Part shown: one piece after another, positions 1-10,312 of the stretch
How the letters are laid out: each line of letters starts with the position of its first letter
Numbering within the stretch: position 1 is the stretch's first letter
Source: Dehalococcoidia bacterium
GTDB taxonomy: Bacteria; Chloroflexota; Dehalococcoidia; UBA6926
NCBI GenBank assembly: GCA_034428515.1
Contig: DAOUHQ010000015.1
Span: 144,660-208,659, forward strand
Length of the DNA stretch: 64,000 nt
Direction of reading: 5' to 3'
Notes under the pieces: generated by a model
Databases searched by the model: none
What the model was told of the DNA's origin: nothing
The model's input: the letters and a program-made list of their open reading frames with translations, nothing else
Made by a program: the position numbers and the translations under genes

Positions 1-378
1 ATCGCCGGACTCAACGAGCAGCGGCGCCTCCTGCGCTACATTCCCGTCCACCACCGCTTGCACCAGGAACAGACCGTCATTCTCAGCCTGGATGCCGATG
101 CTCATGAAGAATTGGTGGCCCTGGATCGGCAGTAGATTCGCCGTGATCGGCTCACTTCGCACAATCTCCATCCCGTTGGGGTCCAGCACGCGCAAGATAA
201 GCTGATGCGATCCCTCGCCATGCAAACGGCAGTAGATGGAGAACTGGAACGCCATCGGAAACTGCTGCGCCCCAACAGTGTCAAAGATGCCGATGACGTG
301 CGCCCGACCGCGCTCATCTCGGAAAGAGTCTTGCCCCAACAACAGGGCCGTAACGCGAACGCCGGTGGAATCGGTCAT
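1..378 (-). CDS. hypothetical protein, N-terminal part only (ORF runs off the window edge)
   Basis: Stop-free frame on the minus strand from ATG at 378 down to base 1 (MTDSTGVRVTALLLGQDSFRDERG...). It begins 12 nt after the stop of 391..1068 on the same strand. Absent from the ORF track only because it has no stop in the window. Confidence 0.35.
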   Translation of the reverse strand, partial: MTDSTGVRVTALLLGQDSFRDERGRAHVIGIFDTVGAQQFPMAFQFSIYCRLHGEGSHQLILRVLDPNGMEIVRSEPITANLLPIQGHQFFMSIGIQAENDGLFLVQAVVDGNVAQEAPLLVESGD

Positions 379-390
379 CAGCGGGGAGAA

Positions 391-1068
391 TCACACGGAG
401 CGTTCATGCCCGCGCCTGCCCGGGCACCATGCGTTGTGCTCAGCCATCACGTCGTCCCAACTCTCAAAGCCCACGTGAAGCTGCAACAGGTGCCCGCATT
501 TCTCGCAATCCTTGTGCTCGAACGTCTCGAACGGGTCAACGTCAGCGCCCATCATCGCCTGCGAGGCCAGCTCCACCAGCGACGACAACCGCTCAACAGT
601 CAGTTCGACCATTCCCTGGAATGTGTCGGGCGGTTTCTGTGCCTGGATGGTGTCCAGTGAGAACCGTGCGGACAGCACCAGGTGGTCATGCCCAAGGCGG
701 GGCAGCAGATTGCCCTCTATCGAAACGCCCTGCGCCGCCCGCGCCTCAATCGGAGATTCGATCTCCAGTTCCCGTGTGACGGTGTTCATCAGGGTGATAT
801 ACAGGGCGGTACGAAGGCCCGCTCCGTCCAGCCCCTCCGGCAGCGCGGATGCCACGCCTTCTCCGGATAGCGGAGCATCGCCGTTGCTGATGGCCGTGTA
901 CACCGCGTCGCCCAGTGCCAACAGCGCCCCCTGATCCATCGATTCGATTGCCGAAACCAGCCGCATGTCATCGTCGGTCATTTCCGCGAGTTCACCCAGA
1001 AACTGTTGAAAGTAGCGGCGCGCGGCAGGCGTCGGCCCTAACAGCGCCGAACGGGACGATGACGTCAT
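391..1068 (-). CDS. hypothetical protein
   Basis: 225-aa ORF with genome-typical GC3-rich codons; no motif recognised. Confidence 0.5.
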   Translation of the reverse strand: MTSSSRSALLGPTPAARRYFQQFLGELAEMTDDDMRLVSAIESMDQGALLALGDAVYTAISNGDAPLSGEGVASALPEGLDGAGLRTALYITLMNTVTRELEIESPIEARAAQGVSIEGNLLPRLGHDHLVLSARFSLDTIQAQKPPDTFQGMVELTVERLSSLVELASQAMMGADVDPFETFEHKDCEKCGHLLQLHVGFESWDDVMAEHNAWCPGRRGHERSV

Positions 1069-1143
1069 CCACTGAACTCCATAGGCAATGTGTTTTGGGG
1101 TCGGATTGAACGCTTGTAGTGTAGCACTCCAGATAGGAACGGC

Positions 1144-2388
1144 TTAGTTCACAGGGTGCGGCGAGTTCAGTCGACCCGGTCCAGTCTCCGGCAACATAAT
1201 TCCCGCGATGAACAGGGTGAACGAGGTTACTGCGATAACAGCAATGCCAATCACAAAGCTCCCCGTCTCATCAATGATGAAACCGGCAATGATGGGCGCA
1301 ATGAAGCTTGAGGCATTGCCCGCCGTCAGGATGGCCGCCCAGATTGCCCCCGCCTTCTCAGGGGATGAGCCCGGCAGTTCTATTGGGATGGTGAAGAGCG
1401 ATGGCTCATATAACCAGTGCAGGAAGCCGGTCACGATTACCGCGGTGAACATTAATATCCCCACCGGGGCATAGATGGTCGTCATTCCCGCCGCGCCGAC
1501 GATCAGCCCGGACCAGATGATAACGGGACGCCGGCGCCCAATGAACGTCGCAATAGCTCCTCCGATAACGTTCGCCGGAGCGCCCGCCAATGAGAAGATA
1601 CCCGCCATAAGCCCCGCCATCGCGAGGCTCAAACCGCGCTCCTCCTCGAAGAACGTGGGCAGCCAGGTATTCAGCGTGATGAATTGCGCCCACGGCCCAA
1701 CGACGGCAAAAGACATTAACCACGTCTCTCGCCGCCGGAAAACGCTCAGGATAGCGCCAATCTTCACCGGCTCGGGCGGCACACCCCCTAATGGCGCTCG
1801 TTCACGCCAAAGAACCACGAACAAGATTGCAGTGGCCGCCGCGACGAATCCTTCTATGGCAATGGCCCACTCCCAAGTGATCCAGCCTGCCAACACCGGA
1901 CCAAGGTACTGCGCCACCGCGAGGCCCACGGTTATAGAGGCGAGCGCGACAGCGTTCGCAATAGGAACTTCCCGAGGCGGCGCCCATCGCATAAGGATTG
2001 AGGCCGTTAAGGGTGTAATGGCGGCGGCTCCGATTCCTTGCATCGAGCGCAGGGCGATAAACCACCAGAATCCCGATAGAAACGGCGTGAGCGCCGTGAT
2101 CCCCAATAGTGCCCAGCCGATGCCGTACACTGCGCGAATGTTCCATCGTGCAAGAATGATTGCGGCTGGGATGGTCCCGGCTGTGAACACGAGCGTTATG
2201 CTCGTGACGACAAATCCGCCTTGAGACTTGCTAAGGTCCCAGGACTCTGTGATGAGCGGAAGAACGGACGCCGGGGCAAGAAACGCGATCCCCAGCATGA
2301 GGTGCATGAGGACAACGAGCCCATAGATGACAAATCGATATGGAGATGCCTCGCGTTCGGCAATACCGGGGGTGTCGGTTTCAACCAT
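1144..2388 (-). CDS. MFS-family transporter (ORF extends to 2466; internal ATG at 2388, MVETDTPG, is the likelier start)
   Basis: About 12 hydrophobic helices and MFS-like architecture. Starting at 2388 removes the overlap with the divergent gene at 2457. Confidence 0.75.
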   Translation of the reverse strand: MVETDTPGIAEREASPYRFVIYGLVVLMHLMLGIAFLAPASVLPLITESWDLSKSQGGFVVTSITLVFTAGTIPAAIILARWNIRAVYGIGWALLGITALTPFLSGFWWFIALRSMQGIGAAAITPLTASILMRWAPPREVPIANAVALASITVGLAVAQYLGPVLAGWITWEWAIAIEGFVAAATAILFVVLWRERAPLGGVPPEPVKIGAILSVFRRRETWLMSFAVVGPWAQFITLNTWLPTFFEEERGLSLAMAGLMAGIFSLAGAPANVIGGAIATFIGRRRPVIIWSGLIVGAAGMTTIYAPVGILMFTAVIVTGFLHWLYEPSLFTIPIELPGSSPEKAGAIWAAILTAGNASSFIAPIIAGFIIDETGSFVIGIAVIAVTSFTLFIAGIMLPETGPGRLNSPHPVN

Positions 2389-2456
2389 TAGTGCAACTAT
2401 AGCGTGTAGGCACGACGCGCGGACTCGCACAGGCAGGCGCGGGGATAGGGACTGAC

Positions 2457-2936
2457 ATGCGGACAAACTCCTGGGTTTTCGCCACGATCGTCATATTTGC
2501 CCTGTTCATCGTCTTCCTCACAGGCAACCTGTACATCGTGCTCCTTATCGGCCTTCCAGTCCTCTTCACCATCGGACTCATCATCTTGTTCCGCAGAACA
2601 CGACCGGAGACCCCGCCTGTGCCGCTGCCCGCCGGGCCGCTCCTTGAACCCGCCCAGCTTGAGGGACGCATCGACCGTATGGCCGTTGAGGACGTGGAAA
2701 TCGAGGGTGCGACGTCCGGACTCTTTTCGGCAGGACCCAAATACAACTCAGTACTCGTCATCATTATCAGCGGCATCCGGTACCGACTAGACCCTGCTCC
2801 GCTTCGCCGCGGCGGCTATGACTGGATGAAAGAGGGCTTGTGGGTCAAAGCGACTTTTGACCGCCAGTCACGCGTCATCCACGAAATCGAACAGGCGCCC
2901 GGCCCACAAGGATACGGCGCTCCGCCGCGCACCTAA
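2457..2936 (+). CDS. hypothetical membrane-anchored protein
   Basis: Two N-terminal TM helices (VFATIVIFALFIVFLTGNLYIVLLIGLPVLFTIGLIILF) followed by a soluble domain. Confidence 0.5.
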   Translation: MRTNSWVFATIVIFALFIVFLTGNLYIVLLIGLPVLFTIGLIILFRRTRPETPPVPLPAGPLLEPAQLEGRIDRMAVEDVEIEGATSGLFSAGPKYNSVLVIIISGIRYRLDPAPLRRGGYDWMKEGLWVKATFDRQSRVIHEIEQAPGPQGYGAPPRT

Positions 2937-3706
2937 CGAATCAGCCGCGCCTTCATCCGTGCGACGGCAAGGTAGTAGAACGCCGCGCCGAGAACAACGA
3001 GATAGAGAAGCCCCCAAACGGTCGTCATTGATAGGCTGCCGGCAACCAGTTCACGAATAACGGCGACGTACGGCGTAAGTGGGATGATCCATGCCAGTTC
3101 CCGCACAACGTCCGGATACCGCTCCAGCGGGAAGAACACGCCCCCGAAGAAATACATCGGCATCACACCAAGCGTGATTGCATAATTGAAAGTCCAGAAT
3201 GACGGCGCGTGCGCGGTGACCAGCAGCGCCATCGATGAGAACAGGATCCCGCCAAGGAATGCGAGCGGCGGAATGAGGATAGCCAGCGGCGAATCGACGA
3301 ATCCCATCACCGTCAACACAAACAGGATCACGGTCGCGCTGAATACCGACCGTGTTGCGCCCCATAAGACCTCGCCGGTAATGACGTCCTCAATGGACAA
3401 CGGCGTAGCGATCATGGCCTCGTATAAACCTCGTATGGCCATGCGGGTATAGGAACCGTATGTGCATTCAAAAAACGCCGCAAAGAGTGAATATCCACCG
3501 ACGATGCCCGGCCCGATGAACTGCACATAGCTCTCATCGCCGCTCAACGAAACGTACGCGCCCAAGCCAATCCCCATTGCGCCCAATACGACCAGCGGCT
3601 CCACGAACAGCGGCCCCACCTCCGCCATCGCGAATTTCTTGAAGACCGTCCAGTTCCGCCGCCACACGCGGAAGCCAAACGGTACACGTTCAGGCGTCAA
3701 TAGCAT
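2933..3706 (-). CDS. ABC-2 type exporter permease (DrrB/NodJ-like)
   Basis: Six-TM ABC-2 architecture, directly downstream of an ABC ATPase. Confidence 0.8.
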   Translation of the reverse strand: MLLTPERVPFGFRVWRRNWTVFKKFAMAEVGPLFVEPLVVLGAMGIGLGAYVSLSGDESYVQFIGPGIVGGYSLFAAFFECTYGSYTRMAIRGLYEAMIATPLSIEDVITGEVLWGATRSVFSATVILFVLTVMGFVDSPLAILIPPLAFLGGILFSSMALLVTAHAPSFWTFNYAITLGVMPMYFFGGVFFPLERYPDVVRELAWIIPLTPYVAVIRELVAGSLSMTTVWGLLYLVVLGAAFYYLAVARMKARLIR

Positions 3707-3708
3707 GA

Positions 3709-4683
3709 CTATTCTTCCAGACCGCGACCTGTGAGGCGCAGGAAAACGTCTTCAAGGTTGGCTGGACGGGAATAGATCTGAGCGCCCTGCACGTTGGATT
3801 CAGTAACATCAGTGCCGTTGAGACCGAACGCGTGCACCGTGTCCGGCGTCTGTTCAATTTCCGCGCCGGCATCACGGAGATGTTCGGCGATGCGATCAAG
3901 CGCGGCGACATCCAATGAGTGCGCCTCAATGACCGTCTCGCCCGCAATGCGCCGGATGAGCTCCAATGGCGTTCCCTCCGCCAGGATTCGTCCCTCGTGC
4001 ATCACGATGAGCCGATCGCAGAGCGTTGCCGCCTCGTCCATGTAGTGGGTCGTCAGCAGCATCGTTACGCCCTGGTCCTTGAGGCGGCGCAGAGTACGCC
4101 ACACAAGGTGCCGGGCCTGTGGGTCCAGACCAGTGGTCGGCTCATCCAAAACGATGATGGACGGCTCATTGATGAGCCCTCGGGCAATCAGCAGCCGACG
4201 CTTCATGCCGCCGGATAGTTCATCAACCTTTGAGTTGGCGCGGTCTGCAAGTTGAAAGAGTTCCAGCGCGCTCTTCGCGCGGGTATTGGCCTCTGTCCTG
4301 CCGATGCCAAAGTAACCCGCGTACAGCCGTAGATTGTCGATCACAGAGATCTCATCGTCCAGATTGTCGCCTTGCGGCACGACGCCGATGATGGATTTGA
4401 CTGCCCGCGCCTCCGTTTGCACAGGCATACCGTTCACGAGCAGGCTACCGGATGTAACAGGCGAGGCGCAGGTAATCATGCGCATGGTGCTCGTCTTGCC
4501 CGCTCCATTGGGGCCAAGGAATCCAAAACACTCGCCGGGCCGCACCTCAAAGTCGATGCCGCGCACCGCAACGAGTTCCCCGAATTCCTTGATAAGATTC
4601 TGCGCTACGACGGGTTTAGCATTCGTCGCTCCCGCGCCGTCCTGCGCCGCCGCCATTTGAGATGTGATTCCAACCTGAGCCAT
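3709..4683 (-). CDS. ABC transporter ATP-binding protein (DrrA-like)
   Basis: Walker A GPNGAGKTST, signature LSGGMKRRL, Walker B IIVLDEPTTGLD. Confidence 0.9.
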   Translation of the reverse strand: MAQVGITSQMAAAQDGAGATNAKPVVAQNLIKEFGELVAVRGIDFEVRPGECFGFLGPNGAGKTSTMRMITCASPVTSGSLLVNGMPVQTEARAVKSIIGVVPQGDNLDDEISVIDNLRLYAGYFGIGRTEANTRAKSALELFQLADRANSKVDELSGGMKRRLLIARGLINEPSIIVLDEPTTGLDPQARHLVWRTLRRLKDQGVTMLLTTHYMDEAATLCDRLIVMHEGRILAEGTPLELIRRIAGETVIEAHSLDVAALDRIAEHLRDAGAEIEQTPDTVHAFGLNGTDVTESNVQGAQIYSRPANLEDVFLRLTGRGLEE

Positions 4684-4707
4684 ACCGTCTCAAGCGTAGC
4701 ACGGCGG

Positions 4708-5856
4708 CTAGGGGGTTTCGTTTTCATCGTCGCTGGCATTAAGACCAGCGCTTGTATATCTCGATTCTCGCGGCTCCGCTTCAATCTGCGGTGGCCCGGA
4801 AAAAACTTCCGGATCTTGCCCGCGCAGCTGGGCAAACCTCTGTGCCTGCGGGATGACACGGGTATTGAATGAGTCGACGGCCTGCCTGAGCTGATTCCCG
4901 GCCCGTGAGTAGTGATTAATGAATGTAAGCAGGCGACCGTGCATTTCCTCTCCAGCCTTGCGTATCTCCTCCGCGTTCTGCTCCAGGCTGTGCCGCTCCC
5001 AGCCGTTGGCGACGGCCCACAGGAGGGAGATAAGCGTGCTTGGCGTCGCGATGGCAATACGCCTGCTCATGGCGTATTCGATCAGGTCGTTCCGCGCGCG
5101 AAGGGCCTCGGCGAGAAACTGGTCTCCGGGCACAAACATCACGACAAAGTCGAGGGACCCGGCGACCTGCTTGCCGTAGTCCTTTCGTGCCAGGTCATCC
5201 ACCTTGGAACGGAGAGCGCCGGCGTGACGCGCCAATGCCTCTTCGGCCTTTTCGTCGGTCTCAGCCTCTTGCGCCTCAAGATATGCTGCTGCGCTTGCCT
5301 TTGAGTCGATAACGATTGCCCGGTTCTCGGGTAGACGCACAGTGACATCCGGTCGCCCGCTGCCGTCATCCACGGTTGTCTGCTCAGAGAAATCGCAATA
5401 GTCGACCATGTTGGCCAGCTCGATGATGCGCCTCAACTGGATCTCTCCCCAAGCACCCACTTGCCGATTGTCGCTCAGTGCGTCTCTCAAGCCCCGGGTT
5501 GCCTCAGCAATGGAGATGTTCTGTCGCATTAGCGACTCAATATTCGGGTTGAGTTTCTCGTAGTTCTCCCGCAGCGGCTTCACCATCTCTTCGAAAGACT
5601 TTTGGCTTTGGCTGAAGCTATTGGTGGCCGTGACGAGGAACTGCTCCATGCTCTGTTTCATCACCGGAGCCGCGGCAGCCTGAAATGCCATGCCCATGCG
5701 CTGTTCGGTCGCCTGCATCAACTGTTCCGCGTCTACCGCACGGGTGAGTTGACCTCGTAGTTCAGCATTCTTTTGCCGCCACCTGAACTCCTGAACCATC
5801 CACGCCGCCAAACCCACAACGATTGCCCCCGCTACCAGACCGATGACGGTTTCCAA
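4708..5856 (-). CDS. rmuC: DNA recombination protein RmuC
   Basis: N-terminal TM helix plus coiled coil, and a RmuC-like C-terminal domain (VRLPENRAIVIDSKAS...FVVMFVPGDQF). Confidence 0.8.
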   Translation of the reverse strand: METVIGLVAGAIVVGLAAWMVQEFRWRQKNAELRGQLTRAVDAEQLMQATEQRMGMAFQAAAAPVMKQSMEQFLVTATNSFSQSQKSFEEMVKPLRENYEKLNPNIESLMRQNISIAEATRGLRDALSDNRQVGAWGEIQLRRIIELANMVDYCDFSEQTTVDDGSGRPDVTVRLPENRAIVIDSKASAAAYLEAQEAETDEKAEEALARHAGALRSKVDDLARKDYGKQVAGSLDFVVMFVPGDQFLAEALRARNDLIEYAMSRRIAIATPSTLISLLWAVANGWERHSLEQNAEEIRKAGEEMHGRLLTFINHYSRAGNQLRQAVDSFNTRVIPQAQRFAQLRGQDPEVFSGPPQIEAEPRESRYTSAGLNASDDENETP

Positions 5857-6037
5857 GTTGGAGTCCTTTCTGCTTCAGATGGCCGGTTCCTGTGTCAACA
5901 GGCATGTGTCACATGAAGCCTAGCACGCACGTTCGCGCGAGGCTAGTCGTCGGAACCGGCTTGGGGCAATCGGGTAAGAACCGGACTCTAGCCGTCCGGC
6001 CTGAATGACAGGGCTGGGGTGGAGAGACGAGTCGCGC

Positions 6038-6967
6038 CTAGCCCAAGTCGTCCTTTGACGCACCGTTCGATCGTCCCAGCTCGCCACGATCATGAGCGCG
6101 CACCAGGGCATCCAACGCCGGCGGTTCGGCCTCATCGTCGGAGATATCGCGCGCAGGTGGCCCACCGAGGCCGCTATCCACCAAATCGTGGTTGTTGCGA
6201 ACGTAGCCCCGGAAATCGGATGCGCCTGACGGCGGGAATGATGGCCGTCCCTCTTGTGATGGATGCTGATAGACCTCGCCGATGATTGCCTGTACGCCCT
6301 GCGCAGGATGATCCCGCAAGAACGCAGCCTCATAGCGATTGCCGGCATCCATGAGCGAAAATATCCGCTGGGCGAGACGAGGATGAACGCGGCCAACAGG
6401 CTCCCCGCGGCTTGAATGCACCAGCAGCCTGTTGTCCTCACGACTGAGCGTCAGGGCCTCGCCGCTGCTCAAATGCCCCACTGCCGTGCGGTCCGTTGCA
6501 TCGATCAGTGTCGCAATCGTGCTCTTGCCCGTCTCACTCATCAGCAAGTGCGCCGAAAAGACGTTCCGATTCGGCGCATCGGATTGCGCCGCGCCTCCCG
6601 TCGCATACTCAGCGACCGCCTCGGCCACCTTCCCCTGACCGGCAGGAGCGGGCGCAGATGTGGTGGTCTCAGCTGTTGCCTCCGCGCGTTCCAGTCGATC
6701 CCTGTTGCGGCGGGCGATTGTGTTCGACGAATCGAGTTTAAGCGCGCCGTCCACGGCGTCCCGCGCCTCCGCAAGCTCTCCCCGTTCAAGCAGCGCCTTG
6801 GTCAGTCGGTTCAGTGCCTCGATATTGTTGGGCGCGATTTGCAGGACAGCCCTGTTGGCCTCGACGGCCTTTCCCCAGTCCTGGGCCAACGCCGCCGCGA
6901 TGGCTGCGTCGGTCTGGGCCTTTACTTCACGGGCTTGGGCGCGATCATCGATCTGCGTGGTCGCCAT
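6038..6967 (-). CDS. TPR-repeat domain protein (start at ATG 6967, MATTQIDD; the ORF upstream of it is Arg/Ser-rich junk)
   Basis: N-terminal TPR-like helices (AALAQDWGKAVEANRAVLQIAPNNIEALNRLTKALLERGELAEARDAVDGALKLD). GGAAGG RBS precedes ATG 6967. Confidence 0.55.
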   Translation of the reverse strand: MATTQIDDRAQAREVKAQTDAAIAAALAQDWGKAVEANRAVLQIAPNNIEALNRLTKALLERGELAEARDAVDGALKLDSSNTIARRNRDRLERAEATAETTTSAPAPAGQGKVAEAVAEYATGGAAQSDAPNRNVFSAHLLMSETGKSTIATLIDATDRTAVGHLSSGEALTLSREDNRLLVHSSRGEPVGRVHPRLAQRIFSLMDAGNRYEAAFLRDHPAQGVQAIIGEVYQHPSQEGRPSFPPSGASDFRGYVRNNHDLVDSGLGGPPARDISDDEAEPPALDALVRAHDRGELGRSNGASKDDLG

Positions 6968-7269
6968 GGTGGATGTCCTGCCTTCCCGGGTACGGCTTTC
7001 CCTTCTCGATGCGCTACTCAGCGCGGGGACAAGACGCACCACGGACAACAGGCAGACCTGGCGGCTTGAGAGGTGTTCCACACCTGCCCCTCCGCACGTT
7101 GAAGCACGAACCGGCCGCCATTGAACGACCAGCCCGGATGCTCAGCGTGATGAGCCGCCATCTGCTGTAGTTCGTCCCTGCCGCCTCCCCGCGCTGTCGG
7201 ACGGCAGTTTTTCGAACTCAGTCCAAAACTATTGTCTACCAACTGTCAAGCGAACGGAGAGAATCAGTC

Positions 7270-8013
7270 TCATTTCCTTCGCCCCAACATCGCAATATGC
7301 TTGGGCATTCCACGCAGCCGAATCTTGACGATTTCCGCCAGCGTCTGCGGGCCGTGGTGGAGGCGTACGGTGCTCATCTCGCCATATCTCCATGTCACAG
7401 GCAGCTCCGCCACCCGCATCCCCCACCTCCGCGCCAGGTACAAAATCTCCGCATCAAACGCGAACCCGTCCACACGTTGCCCGTCGAATAGCAGTTCCGC
7501 CGCCGCCGCCCGGAACACCTTGAATCCGCACTGGGTGTCTGACACCGATAGGCCGAGAATGAGTCGTGTCGCCCGGCCAACGATTCGCCCACCGATGCGG
7601 CGTGACAGCGGCTCCCCGCTCCGTTCGGCTCCGCCTATGGATCGCGACCCAATCACCACGTCCGCGTTCTGAGTCGCCTCCACAAAGGGGGCAATCATCT
7701 CCACTGGCACTGCCAGGTCAACATCCATGAACAAACGCACCGCGCCCGTCGCCTCCAGCATCCCCCGCTTGACAGCGTGACCCTTGCCCCGATGCGGCAA
7801 GGAAAGAAGGCGCACGCGGGGCGATTTCTCGGCGAAGTCCCGCGTGATGGACTCCGTGTCATCCGTACTCCCATCACTCGCGATAATCAGCTCCGCGTTG
7901 GGATAGTGGGCGTCAAGATAGGCGGTCACCTCGTCGAGGGCGTCGGGCAGCCGCGCCTCCTCGTTGTAGGCGGGGATAATGACGGACAGCGAGGGCGCGG
8001 CCACTTCAGTCAC
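7270..8013 (-). CDS. family 2 glycosyltransferase (polyprenyl-phosphate sugar transferase-like)
   Basis: LSVIIPAYNEE...ASDGSTDDT, DXD-like DVDL, GT2 fold markers. Confidence 0.8.
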   Translation of the reverse strand: MTEVAAPSLSVIIPAYNEEARLPDALDEVTAYLDAHYPNAELIIASDGSTDDTESITRDFAEKSPRVRLLSLPHRGKGHAVKRGMLEATGAVRLFMDVDLAVPVEMIAPFVEATQNADVVIGSRSIGGAERSGEPLSRRIGGRIVGRATRLILGLSVSDTQCGFKVFRAAAAELLFDGQRVDGFAFDAEILYLARRWGMRVAELPVTWRYGEMSTVRLHHGPQTLAEIVKIRLRGMPKHIAMLGRRK

Positions 8014-8031
8014 GGGACGCCTCGCATCACC

Positions 8032-9264
8032 CTAGACCGGAATGTCGTCCGGGGTTTCGAGGCTGAACGCCCGGTGCAGGGCGCGGACGGCGTCCTCCAC
8101 GTGGTCCTGGTGAACGACACACGTGAGGCTGATCTCAGCCGTCGTAATCATCTCGATATTGACGTTGGCGTCGCGCAGCGCGCGGAACATCGCGCCCGCG
8201 TAGCCGGGAGAGTTCGTCAGGCCCGCCCCGACAATGCTGACCTTGGCAAGATGGTCGTCCGCTGTCACGTCCGCCGCGCCAAGTTCGGCCTGTATGGCGC
8301 GAGTCCGCTCAATCGTCTCCTCCAGGTCGCCCCGCGTCACGGTGAATGAGAGGTCGCTCAGGCCGTGCTGACCGGCATTTTGTACGATAATATCGACGCT
8401 GATTCCGGCGTCGGCGAGAGGCGAAAAAACCTGCGCGGCGATGCCGGGGCGGTCCGGCACGCCCAGCAACGTGACGCGCGCGATGCCGGCGTCATGCGCG
8501 ATGCCGCGTACCTTGTTCCGATTCTCCATGAGTTCTCCTCCGTGTATGCGCGTGCCGCCGGGGTCATCCAGCAGGCTTGAGGCGACAAGGATGGGCACGT
8601 CGTAGACCCAGCCAAGCTCGACGGCGCGATTGTGCATAACGCGCGCGCCCTCACTCGCCATCTCTAGCATCTCATCGTAGTTGATGTCGATAAGGCGGCG
8701 GGCGTCCGGGACGATCCGGGGATCCGCTGTGTAGATGCCGTCCACGTCCGTATAGATCTCGCACACGGGCGCGCGGAGTTCGGCAGCCAAAGCAACGGCA
8801 GTCGTGTCCGATCCGCCCCGCCCCAATGTCGTGACCTCAAAATCATCAGTCGTGCCCTGGAATCCCGCGACGATGACGATGTTGCCGTGCCCAATCTCGT
8901 CCTGCAGTCGCTTGGGTTCAATCTGCGTGATGCGAGCCCGTGAGAAATCCGTGTCTGTGCGGATACCAGCCTGGAATCCGCTCAGGCTGACCGCGCCGTG
9001 ACCAAGATCGCGCAGCGCCATGGCCAACAACGCGCCGGAGATGAGTTCGCCGGTGGATAGGAGTAGGTCCATCTCGCGCGGCGCGGGATTGTGCGAGATG
9101 CTGCGGCTTAACTCGATAAGCTGGTTCGTTGTTTGCCCCATGGCCGAAACGACGATGACGAGATCATCACCGTCCTGTCGCTCTCTCGCCACTCGTGACG
9201 CAACACGCTTGATGTGGTCGGCGGAGGCGACGGAACTCCCACCGTATTTCTGGACCCTGAGCAC
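8032..9264 (-). CDS. lysC: aspartate kinase
   Basis: KYGGSSV, VVSAMG, and C-terminal ACT domains. Confidence 0.9.
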   Translation of the reverse strand: MLRVQKYGGSSVASADHIKRVASRVARERQDGDDLVIVVSAMGQTTNQLIELSRSISHNPAPREMDLLLSTGELISGALLAMALRDLGHGAVSLSGFQAGIRTDTDFSRARITQIEPKRLQDEIGHGNIVIVAGFQGTTDDFEVTTLGRGGSDTTAVALAAELRAPVCEIYTDVDGIYTADPRIVPDARRLIDINYDEMLEMASEGARVMHNRAVELGWVYDVPILVASSLLDDPGGTRIHGGELMENRNKVRGIAHDAGIARVTLLGVPDRPGIAAQVFSPLADAGISVDIIVQNAGQHGLSDLSFTVTRGDLEETIERTRAIQAELGAADVTADDHLAKVSIVGAGLTNSPGYAGAMFRALRDANVNIEMITTAEISLTCVVHQDHVEDAVRALHRAFSLETPDDIPV

Positions 9265-9267
9265 CGA

Positions 9268-10194
9268 TTAAGGCTCCGAGACGACATGCGCGCCACGACC
9301 TGACGGAGAAAGGACGAGCGCTCGACCGGGGATATTTAACTTCCGCCCGGACTCGGCCATCGCGTCGGCGACGACTTCAGAGTTTCTCGGCGAACTCATT
9401 GCCATGATGGTCGGCCCCGCGCCGGAAAGGAATGCCGTATATGCCCCTGCCTGCTTGGCTGCTTGGGTAAGGGGAGCGAGCCAGGGCACAAGCTCTGCAC
9501 GATACGGCTGATGCAGCCTGTCCTCGGTTGCCAATGCCAGGTCCGCCCAGTGACGCGTTGTGAACGCATGGATAAGCAAAGCCGTCCGCGCAACGTTGAA
9601 AGCCGCATCCCCAAAAGGAACCTGCCGAGGGAGGGCGGATCGGGCGTCTGCAGTTGAAAGCATGTGGTCAGGAATAAACGCGATACAATCAAGACCATCC
9701 GGGAATGCCAGTTGGCGGGCAACCGGAGCCCCGCCCTCCGAAGCGACGGCGACGCACACTCCCCCCAGCAGAGCAGGCGTGGCATTGTCAGGATGTCCCT
9801 CGATCCTGGCAGCATCGGTAATCATGCCGTCCATGTCTCGTTCACGTCCGGCAACCGTATTGGCGATGAGAAGGCCGGCTGCGCACGCGGCTGCGCTGCT
9901 TCCCAGTCCACGCGCCAACGGGATCGCGTTGGATGCCGTTATACGCAGTGGAGGCAGGGTAACGCCAAGGCCTGCGGCGCCGATATAGGCGGCACGAAAG
10001 ATGAGATTGGAGTTAGCGGGGCCGGAGATTTCGTTCTCGCCCTCGCCTCGTATCTCGAAGCGGTTTGCATCCGCAGATTCAACGTGGAGATCAAGCCATA
10101 GATCGAGAGCCATCCCGACGGCGTCAAAGGCAGAGCCAAAATTCGCCGTCGAGGCAGGTGCGCGCACAGAAAACGGAGTAAAGTCACTGGTCAT
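9268..10194 (-). CDS. thrB: homoserine kinase (ORF runs to 10239; ATG 10194, MTSDFTPF, is the likely start)
   Basis: GHMP kinase motif GLGSSAAACAAG; NFGSAFDAVGMALD. Confidence 0.85.
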   Translation of the reverse strand: MTSDFTPFSVRAPASTANFGSAFDAVGMALDLWLDLHVESADANRFEIRGEGENEISGPANSNLIFRAAYIGAAGLGVTLPPLRITASNAIPLARGLGSSAAACAAGLLIANTVAGRERDMDGMITDAARIEGHPDNATPALLGGVCVAVASEGGAPVARQLAFPDGLDCIAFIPDHMLSTADARSALPRQVPFGDAAFNVARTALLIHAFTTRHWADLALATEDRLHQPYRAELVPWLAPLTQAAKQAGAYTAFLSGAGPTIMAMSSPRNSEVVADAMAESGRKLNIPGRALVLSPSGRGAHVVSEP

Positions 10195-10312
10195 AGCAGC
10201 CACACGATAAGTATAGGGGTGAGCTGAGCACTCCACCAATAGAGGTCATCCTGAGCAATTCGATATGATGTGATGAGTGCAGATCATATCCGTGCTTCAA
10301 TATGAGGAACCC